Part shown: piece after piece, positions 57,626 through 64,000 of the stretch
Layout of the letters: every line of letters begins with the position of its first letter
Position numbering within the stretch: the first letter of the stretch is position 1
From: an uncultured delta proteobacterium
Lineage (GTDB): Bacteria > Desulfobacterota > Syntrophia > Syntrophales > UBA2185
NCBI GenBank assembly: GCA_963729715.1
Contig: CAVSPA010000004.1
Location: 64,001-128,000 of the forward strand
DNA length: 64,000 bases
Reading direction: 5' to 3'
Translations under genes and position numbers: made by a program
The notes under the pieces: model-generated
Seen by the model: only the letters and a program-made list of their open reading frames with translations
What the model was told of the DNA's origin: nothing
Databases searched by the model: none

Positions 57626-57994
57626 TTAGCCGGCGCCTCCCGCCTGACATCCTCCCGCAGCGGCGCTGCCAGCCGTACACGTGCCTCCGGCGACACTGCC
57701 AGAGTTGCAACCACTGTTTCCGGCGGCGCTGCCGGATTGACATTGACCACCGGCAGCAGTACTGCCGGCATTACATTTGCTTGACGTAGGAGCGCTGCCT
57801 GTATTGCAATTGCTTGATGCGACACTGCCGGCTTGACATTGCCCGCCGGAGGCAGTGGCTCCCGAGTTGCACTGCTGTTGAGGAGATCCTCCTGCCTGGC
57901 ATTGGCTTGGCCCTTGAGCGTGAGCGACCCCGCCGCCAAGATCAAGAATTTGAGGAGGTTCATAAGGGAGCTTGAATTTGGATTTCACGTGCAT
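57626..57994 (-). CDS. RiPP precursor peptide with YxxP leader and nine C-x-x-G repeats
   Basis: GGAGGG RBS; leader PYEPPQILDLG; core of 10-11-aa Gly/Ser/Ala/Gln-rich repeats each starting C-x-x-G; directly after a rSAM/SPASM gene. Confidence 0.85.
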   Translation of the reverse strand: MHVKSKFKLPYEPPQILDLGGGVAHAQGPSQCQAGGSPQQQCNSGATASGGQCQAGSVASSNCNTGSAPTSSKCNAGSTAAGGQCQSGSAAGNSGCNSGSVAGGTCTAGSAAAGGCQAGGAG

Positions 57995-59114
57995 ATCCCT
58001 CCTGTTTCTTTTGTGACTTCATTACATCTAAGCTGTATGGGTATCCATTGCCTTTGTAGATCCTGTAGCAGGACATGGGATCAACCGTAAAAACAGAGCC
58101 AGAGAGCTCATAAGACACAGCAGGACATCCGCCGATACAGAGTGATTTGTATCCGCAGCCGCTGCATTCCTCAATATCGTCCAGGGAAACGGATGCCCTT
58201 CTTCTCATTTTGGAAAAAATGGGCGACGAAGCCCATATTTCCTGAAAATCCGTTTCCCCGATGTGGCCGGCCTTGAAATCCCACAACCTGTCACATGGAA
58301 CAACCCAGCCGTCGGGCCTGACGGTACACTTCTGGATTCCCCCTCCGCAGCCAAACAGCCCGTTCGTACATCCCGGATTGTCCCGGTCCCCTATCTTCTG
58401 AAGCTTCTCGAAGCCTTTAAAAAAGTTTCCCATGTCGAGGATCGTCCCGATTACAAAATTACCGTACGTATTTCTCAAGCGCTCTAATTTGTGCGTTAAC
58501 GCCCTTCTCTGAGAATTGGAAAGAGTGAGGTTGGGAAGATGACATACCGCGTTGCCGAGCGGCAGTAGTTCATTAAATTTCACGGCCGTCAAACCGAGGC
58601 TCTTCCCGAGAATAATAATATCTTCTATGTCCTGATAATTGTTCTTCGTGACCGTGGTGTAAGTGGAGACGTGTCTGTTATGCTTTAAAAGATTTTCGAT
58701 GCCGCGAATCGTTCGATCAAAACTGCCATTTCCCCTTTGCTTGTCATGCACGGCGGGTGATGACCCGTCGAGACTGACGACGACGCTGAACAGTTTCTTT
58801 AGCTCGGAAATCCGCCGCGATGCTTGTTCGTCGATAAGGGTGGCGTTTGTATTCAGGCCGTAATGGAAGTGGTGTTTTTCTATTTCATACAAAATGGAAA
58901 AGACATCTTCCCTCATGAAGGGCTCGCCGCCGCTGATCCAGAGTGTAAAAACCTTCAACTCGGCAAGTCTCCTGATAAACTTTATCCATTCGTCTGTCGT
59001 CAGGTCGCTCGTTGCATTGCGCGTCGGATAGACGTTGCAATGCTTGCATGCCAGATTACACTTATTGGTAATGGCGATGAAAACATCTAATGGAGCCGAA
59101 AAACAGTTCTTCAT
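57960..59114 (-). CDS. Radical SAM/SPASM peptide maturase (SynChlorMet ScmE-like)
   Basis: ITNKCNLACKHC, SGGEP, VSLDG; CGGG..C.VRPDGWVVPC; CSGCGYKSLCIGGC. Confidence 0.9.
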   Translation of the reverse strand: MKNCFSAPLDVFIAITNKCNLACKHCNVYPTRNATSDLTTDEWIKFIRRLAELKVFTLWISGGEPFMREDVFSILYEIEKHHFHYGLNTNATLIDEQASRRISELKKLFSVVVSLDGSSPAVHDKQRGNGSFDRTIRGIENLLKHNRHVSTYTTVTKNNYQDIEDIIILGKSLGLTAVKFNELLPLGNAVCHLPNLTLSNSQRRALTHKLERLRNTYGNFVIGTILDMGNFFKGFEKLQKIGDRDNPGCTNGLFGCGGGIQKCTVRPDGWVVPCDRLWDFKAGHIGETDFQEIWASSPIFSKMRRRASVSLDDIEECSGCGYKSLCIGGCPAVSYELSGSVFTVDPMSCYRIYKGNGYPYSLDVMKSQKKQEGYAREIQIQAPL

Positions 59115-59518
59115 GACGAAATGATCAGCCCCTTTCGCTTAAAGGCCATGAGGGTGAGTACGATGTCCCTTTTCGCGGCATCCTGCCCCACATCAAAACG
59201 ACCGGTAATTTCCTCTACCATATTATCGACACCGTTGGCACCGTTGCACAGGTTCCAGATATCAGCAGCAACAGCGTTTAACTTCAGCGTATCTGAGTTT
59301 TTCCTCGTATCCGTAAGGATCGTGTAGCTATCTTCTTTTCTCAGCGAGACGTCAGGATGTCTGGCAGGACTGGCGCTCAGGATTTCCTTCACTTCCATTG
59401 AATTCCAGGTGTATCGCAGATAGTCGACCATGCCAAATGACCGCACGGAGCCAGTAGCCGGCAGGAGAATACCTGCGCCAAATAATACGGACATAAAATT
59501 TCTTCTCGATGTATCCAC
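59111..59518 (-). CDS. PqqD-family RRE protein with N-terminal twin-arginine-like signal
   Basis: MDTSRRNFMSVLFGAGILL; C-terminal LNAVAADIWNLCNG...MVEEITGRFDV....AKRD. Confidence 0.8.
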   Translation of the reverse strand: MDTSRRNFMSVLFGAGILLPATGSVRSFGMVDYLRYTWNSMEVKEILSASPARHPDVSLRKEDSYTILTDTRKNSDTLKLNAVAADIWNLCNGANGVDNMVEEITGRFDVGQDAAKRDIVLTLMAFKRKGLIISS

Positions 59519-59564
59519 GACAGATTCCTCCTTTAAAGATGCGCCCGGACGGCGGCTATTCCGA

Positions 59565-60359
59565 TTATAATGAATCCTTTACCACCTTTTTTACCAAGTC
59601 CGCACTAATGGTCTTTTGTTTTGTGCTGGAGGCAATCAAAAGTGCCAGATCACAGACATTGTTTATCTTCCTCGGCACGCCTTGGGAATACAGGTATATT
59701 TCTTCTATAGAGTCGGGAGGAAATATCCCGTTGGTCAGTCCCGCTCTCTCCATTCTGTAAACTATGTATTTTGCCGTCTCGTCGGCATTGAGTGGATTCA
59801 GATGGAATCTTATGGCGATCCTCTGATCGAGTTGTTTAAATTGCCTTATCAGGTCCTTCAGCTCCGGTTGTCCGATGAGAACGAATGTCATCAGGAACTT
59901 ATCGTTCAACTGAAAGTTCAGGAGCAAGCGAATCTCTTCGAAGGTATCGGTGTGTATGAGCTGTGCCTCATCGATGATGAGCAGAGTGGTCCTGTTTTTC
60001 CTGACATTTTCGAGCAGCCGCGTATTTAATATGGCGAGAAGCTCCGTCTTTGAATTAGTCCTGACATTCAGGCCAATCTGATAGAGCACCTCCTTCAGGA
60101 AGTCCAGCGGCTCGAGCGACGGGTTTGTTATCAATCCGATCTCAAAATCCTTTTCGGGAAGCTGCTGGATGAAAACCCTGCTGAGGAGAGTCTTTCCGCT
60201 TCCTATTTCGCCCGTAAGCAGGGCTGCCCCTTTTCTCCTCTTCACGGCATAGACTAGCCTGGCGAGGGCCTCGACGTGCTCATGTGAGTAGTACATGAAC
60301 TCCGGATCAGGTACATTTTCAAACGGGAATTTCTTGAAGCCCCAGTATTCTAAATACAT
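59565..60359 (-). CDS. ExeA/GspA-like AAA ATPase (EPS-locus type)
   Basis: MYLEYWGFKKFPF..PDP; GEIGSGKT; IIDEAQ; LIGQPEL; QGVPRKIN. Confidence 0.9.
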   Translation of the reverse strand: MYLEYWGFKKFPFENVPDPEFMYYSHEHVEALARLVYAVKRRKGAALLTGEIGSGKTLLSRVFIQQLPEKDFEIGLITNPSLEPLDFLKEVLYQIGLNVRTNSKTELLAILNTRLLENVRKNRTTLLIIDEAQLIHTDTFEEIRLLLNFQLNDKFLMTFVLIGQPELKDLIRQFKQLDQRIAIRFHLNPLNADETAKYIVYRMERAGLTNGIFPPDSIEEIYLYSQGVPRKINNVCDLALLIASSTKQKTISADLVKKVVKDSL

Positions 60360-60802
60360 TTCATCAACCCATCAATTGCCATATAGATCTCTGAAAAACA
60401 GAGCCTGTACTGAAATATTGAAAGTTTGTAGGGATCCTTAATGTCCCCGTATTCTTCATTATAATCCGGAGAAAATGATTTGAGACGATGAATCTTAGCC
60501 TCCGCTTCCGGGTACTTCTCGACGATTATTTTCTTGTGGATACCCTCCATGACGATGATCATATCTGCCTGGGAGACCATGTCTTCCGTCAATAGCTTTG
60601 AATGGTGACCGGCGCCATCGAGACCGTGCTCATCCAGTATTTCAACGGCTTTCGGATCGGCAGGCATGCCATTCATGTCGGTGACGGCGGCAGAGTAAAC
60701 CTCGATACCGGGTTTTTTGTCCTTTTTCAGCCTTTCTATGAGAATCCTTTCCGCCATGAAGCTTCTGACTATATTGGCAGTGCAGACAAATAAAATTTTC
60801 AT
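60350..60802 (-). CDS. wzb: Low-molecular-weight protein-tyrosine phosphatase (Wzb-like)
   Basis: FVCTANIVRS (CX5R), DIKDPY. Confidence 0.85.
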   Translation of the reverse strand: MKILFVCTANIVRSFMAERILIERLKKDKKPGIEVYSAAVTDMNGMPADPKAVEILDEHGLDGAGHHSKLLTEDMVSQADMIIVMEGIHKKIIVEKYPEAEAKIHRLKSFSPDYNEEYGDIKDPYKLSIFQYRLCFSEIYMAIDGLMKCI

Positions 60803-60927
60803 GAGAACGTGAGCGTCATTTATGAGATATCGTACTGCCCGGCAAATAGTGCAATATGTATTTCTAAGTCAGCTAAATATGGACGAAATGCTATCATAAT
60901 AGATCATACAAATCAACGGCAGATGAA

Positions 60928-61173
60928 CTATCCAAAATAAATCAGCTTCCCCACTACAGAAGGCCTGTCCAGGGGAACTGTTATAGGCTGAATTCTCTTC
61001 AATTCTTCGATATCCCATTTATCATCCCCGCGCAATATATCCAGGGCTTCCTCTTGGGAATTGGCGAGGACGAGAACCTCCGCCTGCATGTAATTGTCCC
61101 TGTAGATATGCGGCTCATCGAACATCGACCAGCTCGAGAATTTCTTGCTGTGCCGCCAGATGAAGATCTTCAT
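60928..61173 (-). CDS. Hypothetical protein
   Basis: 81-aa ORF with GAGG RBS, co-oriented with its neighbours. Confidence 0.6.
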   Translation of the reverse strand: MKIFIWRHSKKFSSWSMFDEPHIYRDNYMQAEVLVLANSQEEALDILRGDDKWDIEELKRIQPITVPLDRPSVVGKLIYFG

Positions 61174-61194
61174 GGGTATTTACCTCTGAATGGT

Positions 61195-61545
61195 TTAATT
61201 TGGCACTTTGAACTGCGAACACAGTTCGGAAGATCCCGGCTTAAAATTTCTGCACGCCCTGGGCCTGTCTTCGTAGATCGTGCAGGTCGAGTATTTGCCC
61301 TCATATCTGAGGAAGGGACAGTTGAACAGTATCCGGCCGTCTTCTGACGATACGACAATGTCTCCTGCCCATGCGGCTTTTGAATGTTCCATGACACGGA
61401 GTATTTTCTTCTTTTCTTCACGCCTCCATCTTTCCATGTCTTCATGAGTTGCAGGAGCGTAAGCAGCCATACAGCACTTCCCGCAGCGCTTGCAGGTCAC
61501 AGACGATGTCTCGTTGTCTTGCGGCTTTTCCATTTTTACATGCAT
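61195..61545 (-). CDS. YkgJ-family Cys-cluster protein
   Basis: CKRCGKCC...CPFL...CTIYEDRPRACR. Confidence 0.88.
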   Translation of the reverse strand: MHVKMEKPQDNETSSVTCKRCGKCCMAAYAPATHEDMERWRREEKKKILRVMEHSKAAWAGDIVVSSEDGRILFNCPFLRYEGKYSTCTIYEDRPRACRNFKPGSSELCSQFKVPN

Positions 61546-61739
61546 TCAAATGGCTAGTGAAGCATCTGCAAAATTGATACGCAAATGGCAAAACCAAACC
61601 GAAGGATCGTGGATGAAAGATAATGGCACTGCTGTGCCCACCGGGGCACAAGTAAAACGGAGAATGATGTGTTAGAAGCTACGGCCGAGTTTCTTCGCCT
61701 CTGTAATCCTGACAATGTTACAACTTCGCGAAGAGTGTT

Positions 61740-62804
61740 CTATTTCATTAACCCTCTCTCCTGGGCGATAGACCTGAGGGTCTCAATCACATTATCCGGA
61801 GGCGTGTAACAATCCTTCTCATCCTTGCGGATAAGCTCGATGGCATCGGCGCTGCACGTCGGAATGCAGAGGCCGCAGCCAATGCAGCGGTCCGAGTCGA
61901 CTCTCGCAATGTCGTCCTTCATGCTGATTGCCGCCATCTGGCACCTGTCGAGGCAGATTTCACAGCCGATACAGTCCTCTTCATTGACCTTCGCGTAGTA
62001 ATTGGTATGGACGAGGGTCGCCGGTTTGGGCAGTCTCTTAAGGCTCTTCAGTATCTGACAGCAATCGCCGCAGCAAAGGCACATGGCCATTATCTTCTGC
62101 GCGTTTGTAGGTTGGAGAACGAGGGCGTCTTCTTCCGCCCTTTTCAGGATTTGCAGGGCCTCTTCGCGGCTGATCGGGCGTCCCAAGCCGTTCTTTTCAT
62201 AGAAATGAGCGGCGCCGGAAAAGATGAGGCAGGCCTCCGCCAACTTGCCGCATCCTTTCCCGATCATGGAATGCTCCCTTCTACATATGCAGGGCGCAAC
62301 AACAATCTTGCTCTGCTGTTCAATCAACCGCCGGGCCTCCTCGTAAGGCATCACGCTTCCCTGCCCGTCGAGGCTGGCGCCGATTGGTATGGTTCTCAGT
62401 TGCTTGGTTTTGAGCTTCAGGAATGGATCGATTAGATGAGGGATATATTCATTCATATCCTTTATAAGCTCTTCATCCAGGTCATTAACGTGGTACTCCC
62501 AGATGCCGACGACATACTGGGCTGCCATGTAGCGTGGCCCGTCGGGCGTGTCGGCGCGGAAGATCAATCCATTTAGTGACATCTGATAAAGCTTATCCGC
62601 AAGTTCTTCCGCAGGCAGTCCCGCGCGCTTCGCAATTCGCTCGACGGGCTCCGGCATCACACGCAGATGGCAGGCGAGAGTGGCTTCATCTTCGGTAAAC
62701 AGCCGTTTGAGGATGCGCATCTCCACGCCCGATTCCGTGCGGGGGAAACCGCCGGGGAGGCCGTCCAGGTGAACAGCCAAGGTTTCATAGATATCCTGCG
62801 TCAT
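61740..62804 (-). CDS. 4Fe-4S ferredoxin-domain protein
   Basis: CICR, CLCCGDCC and two CxxCxxCxxxC motifs. Confidence 0.88.
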   Translation of the reverse strand: MTQDIYETLAVHLDGLPGGFPRTESGVEMRILKRLFTEDEATLACHLRVMPEPVERIAKRAGLPAEELADKLYQMSLNGLIFRADTPDGPRYMAAQYVVGIWEYHVNDLDEELIKDMNEYIPHLIDPFLKLKTKQLRTIPIGASLDGQGSVMPYEEARRLIEQQSKIVVAPCICRREHSMIGKGCGKLAEACLIFSGAAHFYEKNGLGRPISREEALQILKRAEEDALVLQPTNAQKIMAMCLCCGDCCQILKSLKRLPKPATLVHTNYYAKVNEEDCIGCEICLDRCQMAAISMKDDIARVDSDRCIGCGLCIPTCSADAIELIRKDEKDCYTPPDNVIETLRSIAQERGLMK

Positions 62805-62979
62805 ATGTTCTGTACCTCATGAGATATTAAGGCAATCCCATTGCCTCTTCTTTCTGGTAGAAGTAGCGATTTTACTTATCAGCGTCAAGGATTATTTGTG
62901 AGTTTCGACAGCAGAACCATGGAATGTTGCAGCGGCAAGAGCGAGTCTAAGAGAGAGAGGGGCCTTCCCGGGATTGTGT

Positions 62980-63693
62980 TTATTTGCTGATGATATCCAC
63001 GAAGCGACCCAGTATAGCTCCGGCATCGCCGAGCGGAGGCGTATAGCGCCAGTTATTGGAATCCTCGCCGTCATGGTTGACAATCAGATGGGCATAATTC
63101 TCACCCATCTTCATTTCATCGTAAGCCATGGACGCACGCGTTTGCAGGTCCTCCAATACTTCCGGGGTGAGGAGCTTTCCCTGCTGCTGCGTGCGGCTGA
63201 TAAGTTTGGGCAGCATGATGGCGGCTGCGGTTTCCCCGAGTGAATGAAATCCCATGTTCACCTGGAGGGCATGAATTTCGTCATCGAAAGCAGGACTGAT
63301 AAAGACGGTGTAAACCTCAAAATCAGCAGTCAACTTTCGTATCAGTGGATGATCTCGGAACAGTTTGCCGAAGGTGGGATATATTTCAAGGATAATCAGG
63401 CTGCCGTCGGTAAAGAGCGCCTGCATTTCCATGAGGTCTATGGCCTGCCAGATTTTTCGTATCTGACCAATGATGTAACGCTCGGGGGGGTATGACCTTA
63501 TATCCTCTTCGGAGCGAAAATAATAATCGACGCCTTCCGTTTCTATGGACCGGGGCGGCCTGCTCGTATAAAGGATGGGCATCCGGAAAGATATTTCCGG
63601 GTGCACCCTCTTGAGCGCTTTGAGCAGGGGTGATTTCCCGACGCACGATGGACCCGACAGAATGATGAGACGTTTTTTTATGTTCATTCCCAT
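62980..63693 (-). CDS. Guanylate-kinase-like P-loop protein
   Basis: LSGPSCVGKS; TSRPPR..E.EGVDYYF; divergent C-terminal half. Confidence 0.7.
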   Translation of the reverse strand: MGMNIKKRLIILSGPSCVGKSPLLKALKRVHPEISFRMPILYTSRPPRSIETEGVDYYFRSEEDIRSYPPERYIIGQIRKIWQAIDLMEMQALFTDGSLIILEIYPTFGKLFRDHPLIRKLTADFEVYTVFISPAFDDEIHALQVNMGFHSLGETAAAIMLPKLISRTQQQGKLLTPEVLEDLQTRASMAYDEMKMGENYAHLIVNHDGEDSNNWRYTPPLGDAGAILGRFVDIISK

Positions 63694-63864
63694 GTGTTCA
63701 TAAATTGCTGCAATTGCAAGCTATATAAATTACCGTCAAAAGGGGAAAAATGCGTTGTCATCATGCATTTTATATATTAAGGTTGCGTTAAATTATCGTC
63801 TCAAAGTCTTATGCGCTTTAGCATTAAAATAAATCTGTGTAAATGCAAAAAGGATGAATACGCC

Positions 63865-63893
63865 TTGACCCTAAGGAGAGTCTTTTCGATACT
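63865..63893 (+). promoter_or_regulatory. Possible sigma-70 promoter
   Basis: TTGACC-N17-GATACT about 30 nt upstream of ATG 63925. Confidence 0.35.
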
Positions 63894-63924
63894 ATAGACG
63901 GGACTTGCAGGGAAGAAAATAATT

Positions 63925-64000
63925 ATGATCACCATTAACAGTTTTCTGCATCGCAATGATTTGAAGGATTTGATACGAAGATGGATGTACTGCGAGGTGA
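63925..64000 (+). CDS. 5' end of a CDS running off the window
   Basis: MITINSFLHRNDLKDLIRRWMYCEV..., open to the window end, preceded by a purine-rich RBS. Confidence 0.5.
   Translation, partial: MITINSFLHRNDLKDLIRRWMYCEV

Noticed and set aside
57510..58090. Alternative ORFs 57595-57963(-), 57510-57743(-) and 57833-58090(+)
   Set aside because: Shadow frames of the GC-rich repetitive precursor, which has the RBS and leader motif
52688..59518. PQQ or lasso peptide biosynthesis
   Set aside because: No PqqB/PqqC or ExxxY peptide; no lasso B2 protease, the core lacks an Asp/Glu acceptor, and AsnB at 21904 is a full Gln-dependent enzyme within the glycan genes
59565..60359. PEP-CTERM/exosortase system
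   Set aside because: The ATPase resembles those in such loci, but no exosortase or PEP-CTERM protein was recognised in the window

Overview
Bacterial chromosomal window whose gene content looks like an anaerobic Deltaproteobacterium (Syntrophales-like; inferred only). (1) 1-8.6 kb, + strand: type IV pilus locus with the pilC 3' end, a membrane-anchored sigma-54 activator, a sigma-54-driven major pilin, a TMTC-like GT-C/TPR protein and four minor pilins. A reverse-oriented toxin-antitoxin islet interrupts it. (2) 8.9-10.9 kb: histidine kinase plus a receiver-adenylate cyclase. (3) 11-52.5 kb, - strand: a ~42 kb surface-polysaccharide locus with Wza, an extended Wzc, a Wzy/ligase, Wzm/Wzt, a WecA-like enzyme, many glycosyltransferases, nine SAM methyltransferases (one split by an ISL3), a carbamoyltransferase-SxtJ-SxtK-like triad, AsnB and a radical SAM enzyme. 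(4) 52.7-59.5 kb, the most interesting part: a RiPP-type cassette resembling the SynChlorMet family, wedged between wza and exeA/wzb. It encodes a 122-aa precursor (YxxP leader plus nine C-x-x-G repeats), two radical SAM/SPASM enzymes, two PqqD/RRE proteins (one with a twin-arginine signal), an HPr-kinase-like protein, an HD-GYP protein and a nucleotidyltransferase carrying an in-frame 56-codon MITE insertion. (5) 60.9-64 kb: small and housekeeping-like genes. REP/dRS3-like palindromic repeats fill many intergenic gaps. All family calls come from motif recognition by eye; no database search was run.
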